From NCBI RefSeq assembly GCF_001194135.2, contig NC_068990.1, forward strand, positions 82,941,175-82,988,138: a DNA stretch of 46,964 nt, written 5' to 3'. The notes under the pieces were generated by a model that was not told the DNA's origin, did not search any database, and worked only from the letters and a program-made list of their open reading frames with translations. Shown here piece by piece: positions 13,827 through 26,718 of the stretch (position 1 is its first letter; each line of letters begins with the position of its first letter). A program made the translations under genes and the position numbers. The stretch is from Octopus bimaculoides. Its lineage: Eukaryota.

Positions 13827-13845
13827 TATATATATACATAAACAT
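13537..13845. repeat. (CT)n / gap 13595-13793 / (TA)n
   Basis: Microsatellites flanking a 199-N gap. Confidence 0.95.
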
Positions 13846-15518
13846 ATATATGTCCATATACAGATAGACATAAATACGTAGTCATAATTTCATAAGTGAA
13901 TAAGTATCCTACCTGCATCCATATGTAAGCATGAACATATTTATACTTATAAAAGCGCCCATGAATATATACCGATAGCTAAACAAACAAATCCGCATAT
14001 TTTACAAAGCAAATTCATAGCAACGGTCAATACATCTATTATGACCAGAGATTCCACTGAACGGAAATAGATAGAGTTATAGAAACGTCCAATGGAATCC
14101 CTAAATTGATGTACTGAGGGTATCTTGATGCATGGCATTTTGATGCCCACAGTGGATCATCTCAATTGACGGAACATTTAACACAATGCATTATTTATAC
14201 CTTAGGCGCATTATCCGCTTGAGAAGAAACAAACCCTTCTCGTTTTTCTGGCTCCACAAATTTTAGATGTTAAGGACATATATAGGGAAGTTTGATGTTT
14301 ACCTGTTATAGATCTGTATGTAGGTCTAAGTGTAGAGATATGAATGCGCATCTACTAATCCCTGACCTTCACTCGATCTATTGTAACCTTCCTAATTTGT
14401 AATGTCAAATAATCATCTTCTGCATGTTCGTTCTAATTCTCTTTCTTTTCGATTCTTTTTTCATCTCTGTCATCACACTTTTACAGATGATCTTACTTTC
14501 TCCGAAATGTTCCCTGTCTGCCTTTAAAACTTTAATTCTTTACTATTTCCACGTATTCTTCGTTTATGCCTTAGACTCCCTGACAACGACTAAGAGAATA
14601 GTCCCCCACAAGAAGGAATTCCATCAAAACTTATAAAACTATTTTCACAAAGTCAAAGGCTATGTAGGATATCATATATATATAATTATATATAAACATA
14701 TACTTGATTATAGCTGTCCATCAATGTTGATTCTTATCCTACATTTTGTGAGATGATAGATGTGAAAACAGTTCGATCCTGGAATGGCATGTTGTTGAAT
14801 ACAGATAACAAGGAAAGTTGTCCATTATATTGTTGGTGAAGCTGGAATGACGTTGGTGTCTCTTTTGACATCTCCTCAACTTAGCAATACTAATTATCAA
14901 TGAGTCGCCTTCTGTATGAAATTTGTGAGAGATGCTTCAGATCCGAGAGTAGACAATGTAGAATCAGACGTTTGCAAAACGTGAAGAGTTCCCCATTGGT
15001 GTTGTGTATAAATGCAACGAAAAATTCAATTTTATACGTCGGTGGTTTCCGGAATCTAATCGCTGGTACAGTGGTTTTTATAAAGAACATATCTAAACAG
15101 AGAATGGTTACATACACTGTAAAGGGAGTACTACACCGGATATATTCTGAATACCATGTTACTTTATAGCAAGAGACGATACTAAAACACACAGACAGAC
15201 ACACACACACGCAATCCACACACATACGTATAACGCACGACTTGAGCGGCTGCTTTTTAACGTTTATTGTTGATCTTTATGGTCTTCCTACTCTTTCTAT
15301 TACACTGAGCTGATTTAATGTGCTTCAAACAATAACACCATGCAGCTAATAAGGTAACTGTGCCAGTACATAATAAAATATATCAATAAAGCTTTTCTGT
15401 GATTCAATATTTATTGATTATGGAGAGAAACATTACAAAGTCTCAGATATTACATGGTTACTGATGTAAATGAAATGATAGAAATTTGTTGCAGTCTAAC
15501 TTCATCACGAAAGAGATA

Positions 15519-15524
15519 CAACAC

Positions 15525-15576
<52 letters not shown>

Positions 15577-15727
15577 ACACACACAGAAACACACACGTAC
15601 GTTTCGTCTATCTATCCACATGTGTTTATGTGTGTGTATATATATACACACACATATACATATATATGCATGTATGCGGCATGTGTATGTATGTATGCAT
15701 GTATGTACGTGCGTGTGTGTCTGTGTG
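15519..15727. repeat. (CA)n / (TA) / (TATG) compound microsatellite
   Basis: Direct reading. Confidence 0.93.
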
Positions 15728-17470
15728 TTTTTTTTCTTCTGGCGTTAAGTTCTTCTTAAGAGAGTTCGAGCCGGTCGCTAACATAGCGACAAGGCTTTTT
15801 GAGTTAAGAGAATTTTGTGGTGTTAGTAAATATGTGGTCGAGTTGTTATTTGAGTTGTCGATTCAGCTGTTCATATAAATAATCTCAGGTGGAAAATCTT
15901 GGAGATATTTTAAAATCTCCACTATGCTGCTAATAGTTTCAATTTTGAAATCTACGTCAGTTTCTTTTGCCCTTTCTTTGAAAAACATAGTATTTCTAGG
16001 TACTTGTGTCAATGCACTAATGCACCAAGGATGGCAGGTACAAATAAGAATTTATAATCAGTGTACGTGATCTGTAATTCCCACCTTAATTCACCGTAAA
16101 TGCTCTCTCTATTTCCTGAACTTTGGTGGTACATTCACATTTGCTGAGTGGTGGATCTCTACAGAGGGCATGTCTTTTGTTTTCTGTCCAACAGGACAAT
16201 ATCAGCTCTGTCACGTTTGAACAAATTGCTGTTTCATTGGCGTGTTCGAACAGTATTACTTGCTTTTAAAGGTTTGGTGGGGATTTTTTCTTTTTGTTTG
16301 TTTATCAGGTATTTAGTTGCTACCTCCTGGACAAAGAAGGTAAAAGCTTCAAAATGGGATGTAATGTATATATCATAGGACCGGAAGTGGCTTCTGTTCC
16401 TCTCAATGATATTGTTCTCTTCTAGCTGCTCTTCCTGTCAATGTTATTGTTCCCCTGTAGCTTTCGGATACGTACACATTGCTTTTTGCTGGTATGAAAC
16501 CTGCTTTACCTCCAAGCTTCTGTTCAGGTTGGCCAGTTCGCTCTCGCTTGGATCACATGAGATAGTTGTGTTCTATGAGTACCTGCTCAGTACTTCGTCT
16601 CCAGCTCTGAAGAAGTTGTTACTCTTGCTTTCGAGTACGCATGTAACGCGCTCATTTCTTTCTTTACTGTTCGCCAGGTGTTGTCTGAGTGACACAATGC
16701 GACATTCAGAGGCTGTTTGGCCTAACCTTATGTTTCTACCACCATCACTTCGTCTCACATAGATTCTATCAGTGTCGCTGTTGATGTAGAAGTTGCCAGC
16801 GATGATCAGTACTTCTCTAGTTTTGATGTTCAGGTTGCAGATCTCATCAAGTTCCCAGTCCAATATTCCAAATGCCAGTACTGACACTAACACTGCAAAA
16901 GCATTGTCAGATGTGGTCTTCGTCAATTCAAACGGTTCTGAGTTCCATATTTTCCGGGGTCTACAGCAGTAGAAGTATTATTCTGGTTTTAGTCTCTGCA
17001 CCAGCGTATGCAACATTCGCAACGATTCCAAGATACTGCTAGTTTTCTTCATTAGAGATAGGGAAGATAGACAAGCCATTGTTGTACATATTTTATGTCT
17101 GGTCGACAATTTTTCCTCGGTTGACTATCATGTATGAGCATTTATCTTCCTCAAATTCCATTCCTATGTCTCGTGCGCGTCTTGTAGTTTAGTCATATTG
17201 TTAAGAGATTACGGTAACGTTGCTTGGCTTCATTAAGGATAGTTTTTGTTGAGGTAACTCTGTTCAGTTGAGCCTCAGACCCCTTCATTCCACCAACCTG
17301 TTCACCAGTTATCGCATCGTTTGTTTGGCAGTCGTCTTAGAGAATTATATTCAAACGAACTCTGTACAGATTGTACATAACATTCAAACATGCGATGGAC
17401 GTAAAATTTTTGCCAGCATGAGTTTCTTTGTTTTGGGAGATAACAATAGTCCGTGCAACCATTAGCCGAT
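15728..17470 (-). mobile_element. R4/Dong-like RLE non-LTR retrotransposon relic, 5'-truncated and internally deleted
   Basis: Minus strand in order: RTIVISQNKE..KNFTSIACLNVMYNLY (RT); GEQVGG; DIGMEF.EDKC; AFGILDWELDEICNLNIKTREVL..NSDTDRIYVRRSDGGR; SHFEAFTFFVQEVATKYL; RDRADIVLLDRKQK (RLE PD..D region); VPAILGAL; 3' UTR and short A tail at 15728-15735. Confidence 0.85.
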
Positions 17471-17488
17471 GTATGCATGTATGTATGT

Positions 17489-17595
17489 CATTATTCAGTT
17501 TCACTTCAAGATTTCTTGCCAATAGAGTAAGAATAGTTTTCTAACCTAGATTCAAGGCTCTTTCATTGGAATTTCAACATCAACAAGGTATTTTT
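17489..17595 (+). mobile_element. ~100-bp interspersed repeat family E flanked by (TATG)n
   Basis: CAAGATTTCTTGCCAATAGAG...CTAACCTAGATT...TTCATTGGAATTTCAACATCAA recurs at 45446-45538. Confidence 0.8.
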
Positions 17596-18859
17596 GTATG
17601 TATGTGTGTATGTATCTAAACACTCATATAACTACTTAAAAATTTCGCAAAGATTAAATACATTTTTGAAGGTTTACATCGCAGATAATTCAATGTGTTG
17701 TATTCAATATTGCTTTATTTCCTTTGCCTTTTTTCACATTCCCATTTTTCTATTTACTTCTTTTTGCAACTCTTATACAACTCCAATTTTCCCAAACTTA
17801 CCTCCTTTCTTTCTTGCTTTATTTCTTTCAATTTTTCGCGCATTTTAATTTTGTCCCATTACAATTACATTAAAAACCCAATTTGGGCATTCAGCAGTAA
17901 GTATTATTGAAGATGAAAGTAAAATACTATGCCGAAGAGTAAACTCGTAATTATGCAGGCTTCAGCATCACTCAGGAGTAATATAATATTTTAGTAAATT
18001 TTCACCATTGAAGTCGAAACTAGAACGGCGTTTTCGTGTACTGTTAATTACTAGATCCCTATTTTGAACAGAAGCACTATTTAAACCTGAATACCTATAA
18101 TAATGCAAGCAAAAAAAAAAAAAAAAAAACAAATTCGAATATTCTTATTAGAGTCAGGTCCCTGGGATTTAACCAACTAAATGTATGAAATTTAGGAAAC
18201 TTGTTTGGTTGCATAGTTTTATTTTAATTTTACTTAAAATCGTTAACAAAATTTTAAATTTTATTCTGACTTTGTTACTAATCATTGTTATATAACATCG
18301 CTTGTAATACGATGAATGCACTCGTACAGTTTATTTGTCAGTGCCTCAGAACATGTCGTGATCTCATTTATTCTTTAGCATGAAAGTCTCTAAGGTCTTT
18401 TAACATTTGCTTAAAATCACACAATCAATAAGTGAGTCTGATTTTTAAAAAAATGTAAAAATTACATTTAGTGCCAAAAGGCATTCACAGGAAGTTTACT
18501 ACAGGAAATCAATCAAATTGTTTTCTCATTATCTAAAACATAGATTTGAGTTGGTAGTGCATAATCAAATGCATTTTTAAATCATTAAGTATACAGAAAA
18601 ATTATGATCTGTTCGTTCAATTTCTAGATAGAAAAGTCGGAAAACTACGTTGTCTGTATTATCACTATTTTATTTATCATTAACTATGTGCTTCTAATTC
18701 TCTCTTCCATGTACGAGACAACAATAAATAGAAAATTCTCTTCGAGAGAGATTTCTAATAAATTGATTTTTTATTTGAAGAATTACAAACAGGTATCATT
18801 TTTCTTTGTAAATTATTTATATCTAATTCCTGATACACTTAAAAAGATAACTAAATATG

Positions 18860-18924
<65 letters not shown>

Positions 18925-18942
18925 AACTACTACTACTACTAC
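18860..18942. repeat. (CTA)n microsatellite
   Basis: Poly-Tyr artefact in ORF track. Confidence 0.98.
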
Positions 18943-19443
18943 CGATGCCACTAAGGAAGTACTTAGTTTCTATTAGGAACATTAAACCTTTTAGATACCA
19001 CTCTAGTTGTTGCATAATTCGTTTTAACGCGGAGCTTTTCCTATAAATACCATAATGTGAGTTTTATACAGATTATCCTAGCTTTATTCTATATATTCAT
19101 TTGCATTACAGGTGTTTTCGTGGTATTATGCATTGATGACTTAGTGGTTGGTATTTACATACAGTGTTATTCAGAATTCCAGTTGGAATTTTGTGAGAAA
19201 GTGCAGCTATTTGAATCATGCATTCGTTGTTGGAAACAAGAGCAGACAATATCCTACATATATTGATAATCGTTATCTGAGTACATATAATCAGGATGGA
19301 TATGTCTAAAACGTGTTTTTAAATGTATTTTTGCTGAGGACTTACAGAGAAAAAAGAAATAAAAAATAATATCATTTGTAATATATAAACGTGTTCATGT
19401 GACCTGCTACAAATACAAACCGAATTTTCCTCACACCACATAG

Positions 19444-19496
19444 TTCGAAATAAGAATTTAGCACTGGATAATGTAGCCTTTGAATACCACTATAAG
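19444..19496 (+). CDS. Candidate coding exon: (x)RNKNLALDNVAFEYHYK
   Basis: TTTTCCTCACACCACATAG|T acceptor, strong AAG|GTGAGG donor; only one frame open; ends phase 0, matching exon 20660-20748. Confidence 0.45.
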
Positions 19497-20659
19497 GTGA
19501 GGTATTCATGTGTGGATTACCTTCGGTCGTAGATCTCTTGGAGTTAGATTGGCCCGGGGCCAAAGAAAAATAACGACATTGGGAAATTTGATAAGTATAA
19601 AGTAGAAATTATCAGAGAATAGAATAATTTCACCTAAAAAGTGAAAGTTAGCAGATAACTTGAGTGTGTCCATGTCTTCTATCTCACCGTGTGCACAGCC
19701 TTATCCAAGAAAATTTCTGATTACATTGGAGCATCTGCATAAAACAAATTTATTCTTCAAAAAGAACACATTTATCAGACATTAAATATGTTATAATTGG
19801 TGGAGAACCACTTTCTTGTACTATGTAAAAAGAACGGCGATTCTGATTCATATCTAATTGCGGTGTCTCATATCATCACTTGAGTTATTTTCCCAATTTC
19901 CACATACTGAGTTATAGCCTCATTATGATACATAGAAACCCACCCTTCACAGTTCATATTTTTAATATTTCCCTTTGACTCTGAGTTTTACTGGTAAGCA
20001 GTGGTCATCCATCTATTTTGTAATAGATATATTTAAAACGTTCAGTCATTTAGTATCAGTTTTATTAAGGCCGTTTTTGCGCGGCCTCACTGAATTTACT
20101 GGAAACTGTTATTAACGAACTATGGTATATCATTCAATATTCTTCAGTCATCTAAATGAAATATGTTTCTTTAAGAATAAAGAACATTAGTTATCATGTT
20201 ATTCGAATTACCGGAGTACGTGTCGAATATATCGGAGAAAATCCAAGTTTGATTTTTGTTAACCACTTTGCGATGATTTCCAGCACAAAATAGACACCTG
20301 GAGAGAATTGTACTCTTCGAGGTGGGTATTGTAAATGGTTACCAAACCATTCTTTGTGATTGAACGAAGTTCAACGTCTTATAATGTTTAAAAGAAAAGG
20401 AACGCGTATTTCTCTCTTGCTTTCATTGATACTTCAAAGGCACTAAGTGATATTTCTACCAATTTCCATTTTTCAATCAATATGCTTCAAGAAGACTCAG
20501 TTTAAAATCTTTGTTATACTGTTTACACATTGAACTTTGAAAAGACAATCAACTGTTCGTTTATTTTTGCTGTCTGACCTGAACATATAAACCGCTGAAA
20601 GAGGAGAGTTTACGGCAGCTAGTGTACATGGGATATAACAAATTTCCATATACTTTTAG

Positions 20660-20748
20660 AGGTCGGTGACCGGTAATACTGCGGAATGGAACATAAAGGA
20701 AGTCATTTTGAGAAACAATGGTTTTTGGCTTAAACATTCTTTGGAGAA
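20660..20748 (+). CDS. Candidate coding exon: RSVTGNTAEWNIKEVILRNNGFWLKHSLE(K/N)
   Basis: TTTCCATATACTTTTAG|A acceptor, GAA|GTAAGT donor; only the phase-0 frame is open over 89 nt. Confidence 0.45.
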
Positions 20749-21440
20749 GTAAGTGAAATAGATTGCTAAGTACATAATTTAATGTCTAAATAGAAATATA
20801 GAATAAAGTATGCTAGAAACGAATTTGAAACAGAAATATAAAATTGTACACACTCATTTCTACAGACATAAATGCAAGAAACGCACATGCAAATAAATAC
20901 ACATGCATAGATCTGCAAAAATTCAACAACGCACATATACATGCGCAGACGCACAAATCCCCTGACATCGATGCACCTTGTATGTTGTGAATATTTTGTT
21001 ACAGATGCTTTTAAAATTATAAAATACCCTACTAACACGTGCTTTGTAGTATAATAGAATTTTCAGAGCAATAGTAACGGCTGGATTAAGAATTCTTACT
21101 TTAAAGTCTTTTAAATTACCGATATATCAGCAGGGTTTGTTTCTCATTCTAAAGATTCCTATGGGATAAATGCGTAGATTTTAGCTGTCACATTTACATC
21201 TGTCTAACATAGCTAATAAATCCAGTTTATTTTTAAATACAGTACCGACTAAAATCTATGGATCATTCCTATTGTAAAGTCCACGGTAAAATTATTGCTT
21301 TTCTGAATTAGCTATCAGAAATTATTTGTTATATTGTGATTTATTTCTGAATATGCATACACACACACACACACACACACATACACACACACATAAATAG
21401 GAAGAAGTAAATAGATGTGTGTGTATGTATATTTATATAT

Positions 21441-21603
21441 AGGCGTAGGCGTAGCTGTGTGGTAAGAAGTTAGCTTCCCAACCACATGGTTCCTGGTTCA
21501 GTCCCACTGCGTGGCACCTTGGACAAGTACCTTATACTACAACCACGGGCCGACTGGAGTCCCGTGAGTGGATTTAGTAGACGAAAACTGAAAGAAACAC
21601 GTC

Positions 21604-21679
<76 letters not shown>

Positions 21680-21872
21680 TTGCGTCTGCGTTTGTCTCAT
21701 CCCCACCGCTTGACAACCGGTCAGGTGTGTTTATGTCCCCGTAAATTGTTGGTTCGGCAAAAGAATCCGATAGAATAAGTACTAGGCTAGATTAATTCCA
21801 CTAAAAACCTCACGGCTCTGCTCCAACGTGGCCGCAGTCTAATAACAGAAACAAGTAAACATATGAAAGAAT
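21441..21872 (+). mobile_element. Near full-length SINE family A with internal (TA)n(TG)n
   Basis: A-box-like TAGCTGTGTGG, B-box-like GGTTCAGTCCC, CORE-like CACCTTGGACAAGT, internal microsatellite ~21606-21670, tail GTGGCCGCAGTC...GAAACAAGTAAA. Confidence 0.92.
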
Positions 21873-22409
21873 ATATGTATACATCCGCGTAAATGTGTAC
21901 ATGCGTAAATGTGTGTGTGTACAAGTTAATGAACAAATGAAAGTAACAATCAATGGGGATTTGTTATTTCATAATAGTTTGATTCAACTCAAAATTACTT
22001 AATGATTCGTAACTGTAGAATACGTCCATATTTATCAGATGATTGGAAGCAAAGTATATGGGATTTCAAAGAAATTTAGAGTAACTTCTACTAGAGAGAA
22101 TCCAGACTTGCATTGACCCGTTCAGGTCTCGTAGTTGTCATATTGACACCGTCGCTTTCTTTGGTGTAGTGCATATGCATCTAGGTTATCAATGTTCTCC
22201 TAAAGGAAATCTTAACAGTATATATGTCTTACGTTACTTGCCAATAAATATTGGTTCGGTTTCTCAAGGTAACTTTCGTTTGTCATGTGGAATCTCTGAA
22301 ACAACCATTATATTTTATAGCATAAATGAATTTTTGAGAAGCAGATAAAGCGGGTTGTATTTGTAGTGAAAATTTCATTTAGATTTATAATGGTCTTCTA
22401 TAAGATCGA

Positions 22410-23150
22410 CGCAGGTTCTGCCATTAGGACGACAATGCTTTTTGAGAATTAGTGGTGCTACTGTCTGAACGGTTTTAATGGCTTCAGAACCTGATTGATA
22501 ACATAAACAACAACATGAGTTCAGAATGGAGTAGAATCAAAATCAATGACATTTCTTGGATATTCTAGGAATCAACATAGCCACAAATGTTGAAAATTAC
22601 GCCACAAACTAACAGACACGAAAAAAATACATACTATTTACTTCTTGCCACTCAACACATACTAAAATAAGTATATAAAGTTTAATCTAGTGCTAAGAGT
22701 ATGTTCAATCGAATTGAATTTAGAATCTCAAAATAAAAAAGACTCCAAGAATTAAAACAAATAATAGTTGAAAGACCATATCTTTCAAAATTAATTGATA
22801 ACGGAACTGAACGTGCCAAAACAGGAGATATTAAAGAAATAGAGACAAAAGCGACAACAACAAAACAGTTCAAATAAACCAAATACTCTGAATTACATCA
22901 CAACAGACTGCAGAAGAAACGATTATTTATTGAAACCATCCATTGTTGAAACAAGACCAGAGAATGACAAAAAAAGTAAAGCAGATATAGAAGATTCTCA
23001 AAAGTGGAAGACAACCAAAATCTCTACAAAAAATTACTGACCAACGCCAAATTAACCACTCAAATCGCAAAACAAATACTTAAAAAAATATAATTGGCCT
23101 AGCTCCTTAAACTGCATCAGTTACATGTAAAACAGATCTTATGTGTAGAT
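22410..23150 (+). mobile_element. Penelope-like element RT/thumb relic
   Basis: Frameshifted GSAIRTTM (cf. GTAMG), FLDILGI, KLTDT..YILFTSCHSTHTKISI (cf. KPTD..YL.F.SCHP.HTK), RLQELKQIIVERPYLSKLIDNGTERAK. Confidence 0.7.
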
Positions 23151-23763
23151 AACATATTTTCAGTGTAAAATTCACTTCGCCTGCTCATAGAAAATGAAAA
23201 TTATGAAGTATGATATTAAGAGTAATATTTGTAACGATGGACACATAAGATAAATTTACTTTGAGAAAAAGTCTCAATATTTATCGGTTACAAATATGAG
23301 AACAAATTCCAGGTAGATTTCATCAAAAACAAAAACAAAAAAACATTTAAATTTATGTTGAATAAACAAACTATGCAATTCCTAGCTTTGCCATTTTACT
23401 GTTGTTCTGACAAAGCCACGGACCGAATACTGACGAATAAAGAAGATATATTTATTAAACGATACAAACTACGACTGAATAATCTACAACAAACTTTCGA
23501 ATAGATGTTATACTGTTGAAGTTCATATTCTCATAAACAAACATATAGATAGCTATATACACAAACATGTAAAATATTTTTGTAGTTTTCGCTATTCTAA
23601 AAACCTGCTGTTTGCGCTACCATATGACACATTCACTGGCCTAAACAGCGTTAATTTTCGGCACGCTCAACCACCATAATTATAGTCTCATGACCGACTG
23701 ATTTCGTGACTACCTACACCCAAACAGACTATGACTTAAATGGTGGTGTTTTATCTCCCAATA

Positions 23764-23765
<2 letters not shown>

Positions 23766-23832
<67 letters not shown>
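23766..23832. repeat. (TG)n microsatellite
   Basis: Pure repeat. Confidence 0.98.
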
Positions 23833-23835
<3 letters not shown>

Positions 23836-24737
23836 CATTCGTTTCATATTTCGAGTAATTACCTGCATTTGGCTGCATTTCACGTTGATTTACTTCATTC
23901 TCTGTGAAGTTTACTTTTGAAAGGTCAGCATTTCTAGTTAATAAATCTTAATAATGGCCATGATTTTATATATTATGTAACCGAAATTCCCATTATATCT
24001 CCCAATAAATGTTAATCTATAGTTGGGAACCAAAATGTATAAGTTCTTATGCCTCTGTCTTGTAATAAACTTGAACGTGGCAAATTTCCTAGAATTCAAA
24101 ATGTCAAGTATTTCTATGAAGTTTCTTGCATCTCTTTTACATTCGTGAAATAGAATAAGTTGCATTTACTAAATTTAGTTTTACACCATGTAGTCCGGTG
24201 TAAAACTTGAGAACTATTCAGCTTCGGTGGCAGCCTCAAATGTTCGATATTGGGTAAAATTTGTTATATGAGAAATACATGTGCAGTTTTTTCAACGTTT
24301 CACTCAAGGTAATTATTTTCACGTAATGGAACTTCTTGGAAATCACACTGTGGGAAAATGCCATGAGAAGACAAAGAATAGTAAAACATTCTAGGTTAAC
24401 CCGCTGAATTTGAAACCTGCACGTAAATGTCTTGTGTATTGGCGAAACCTGTATTTGAAAACCTGCACGTAAGAAGAGCGAGCTCACTCTTTGTGATCGT
24501 CTTAGTCGTATTATGGGTGCGCTGTCATTAATTTTTTTGTTGGGGGTGGTTAAGTCCATACACATTAAAAAGTAATTAACACTCAATAACAGTAGGGACT
24601 AGAACCCTAGTTTCAGACAAACTAATATATGATTTGAGCACAAAATCCTGTATATGACGATTCATCGACCAGGTTTCATGTAAACATCAACTGATAAGAT
24701 AAAACTTTAATTAACAACTAATGGTTTACTTTCTATT

Positions 24738-24743
24738 TGTCCC

Positions 24744-24829
<86 letters not shown>

Positions 24830-25000
24830 TCCTCTCCCTACTTATTCGTTTTCGTCTTTCTTTCTGATTTATATCAGTCTCTGTCCCCATCTGCCTTTAT
24901 CGTTTATTCTCTTTTAGTCTTTACGTTCTCCTTCTACCCCTCTCTCTCTCATTCTCTCTCATTCTACTTGTTCTACTTTCTCTTCTCCATCATCTCTTTC
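24738..25000. repeat. (CT)n and polypyrimidine tract
   Basis: Direct reading. Confidence 0.9.
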
Positions 25001-25536
25001 TTTTAAGCCTTCCGTTCTTTTACTGTTTTCTTCGACATATATATTCTTCAACTTTAACCCACTATCTTTGAACTGAAAGCAAAATATATACCAATATATT
25101 CTTACAAGCTTCAGTCTGTTGCACTTCCTTAACCTTTCCTGCAAAATCACCTCCTGTACCAATTATATCTCTTTAAAAATATTAAACCCACCTAAACACA
25201 CAAAAATATTCACTATACTTTTATTCTGTGAGAAGGTTCAATGATATTTCTAACATTAGTCCTGAGATCCTGCTATTTCCCAAAGTGGCATCTCTGAAAT
25301 TTTCAAGAATAAATATTCACATATTTTGCATTTAGATAACTGTTTTAATGAATCGAGTCACATGAGACGGAACTTGAAAGCGCAAAGTATCCGAAATATA
25401 TTCTAATGCAAAATAAGATAATGTAATACAACGCAATAGGTATAGATTTAGATAAACAGATAGTTCATTCTCTCTATGTATGTGTGCGTGTATATATACA
25501 TACATACATATATAAATATATATATATATATATATA

Positions 25537-26528
25537 NNNNNNNNNNNNNNNNNNNNNNNNNNNNNNNNNNNNNNNNNNNNNNNNNNNNNNNNNNNNNNNN
25601 NNNNNNNNNNNNNNNNNNNNNNNNNNNNNNNNNNNNNNNNNNNNNNNNNNNNNNNNNNNNNNNNNNNNNNNNNNNNNNNNNNNNNNNNNNNNNNNNNNNN
25701 NNNNNNNNNNNNNNNNNNNNNNNNNNNNNNNNNNNNNNNNNNNNNNNNNNNNNNNNNNNNNNNNNNNNNNNNNNNNNNNNNNNNNNNNNNNNNNNNNNNN
25801 NNNNNNNNNNNNNNNNNNNNNNNNNNNNNNNNNNNNNNNNNNNNNNNNNNNNNNNNNNNNNNNNNNNNNNNNNNNNNNNNNNNNNNNNNNNNNNNNNNNN
25901 NNNNNNNNNNNNNNNNNNNNNNNNNNNNNNNNNNNNNNNNNNNNNNNNNNNNNNNNNNNNNNNNNNNNNNNNNNNNNNNNNNNNNNNNNNNNNNNNNNNN
26001 NNNNNNNNNNNNNNNNNNNNNNNNNNNNNNNNNNNNNNNNNNNNNNNNNNNNNNNNNNNNNNNNNNNNNNNNNNNNNNNNNNNNNNNNNNNNNNNNNNNN
26101 NNNNNNNNNNNNNNNNNNNNNNNNNNNNNNNNNNNNNNNNNNNNNNNNNNNNNNNNNNNNNNNNNNNNNNNNNNNNNNNNNNNNNNNNNNNNNNNNNNNN
26201 NNNNNNNNNNNNNNNNNNNNNNNNNNNNNNNNNNNNNNNNNNNNNNNNNNNNNNNNNNNNNNNNNNNNNNNNNNNNNNNNNNNNNNNNNNNNNNNNNNNN
26301 NNNNNNNNNNNNNNNNNNNNNNNNNNNNNNNNNNNNNNNNNNNNNNNNNNNNNNNNNNNNNNNNNNNNNNNNNNNNNNNNNNNNNNNNNNNNNNNNNNNN
26401 NNNNNNNNNNNNNNNNNNNNNNNNNNNNNNNNNNNNNNNNNNNNNNNNNNNNNNNNNNNNNNNNNNNNNNNNNNNNNNNNNNNNNNNNNNNNNNNNNNNN
26501 NNNNNNNNNNNNNNNNNNNNNNNNNNNN
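25537..26528. other. Assembly gap (992 N)
   Basis: N run flanked by (TA)n. Confidence 1.
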
Positions 26529-26551
26529 ATATATATATATATATACATATA

Positions 26552-26718
26552 TACGACGGGCTTCTTTCAGTTTCCGTCTACCAAATCCACTCACAAGGCT
26601 TTGGTCGGCCCGAGGTTATAGTAGAAGACACTCACCCAAGGTGCCACGCAGTGGGACTGAACCCGGAGCCATGTGGTTGGTAAGCAAGCTACTTACCACA
26701 CACCCACTCCTACGCCTA
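26552..26718 (-). mobile_element. SINE family A 5' half
   Basis: Reverse complement differs from the 28973 copy at only ~5 positions over ~160 nt. Confidence 0.93.

Noticed and set aside
14900-15225. Overlapping 89-aa and 111-aa ORFs
   Set aside because: No recognisable domain or convincing splice-site pair
19057-19266. 69-aa ORF after a good acceptor at ~19110
   Set aside because: No donor before the stop and no homology recognised
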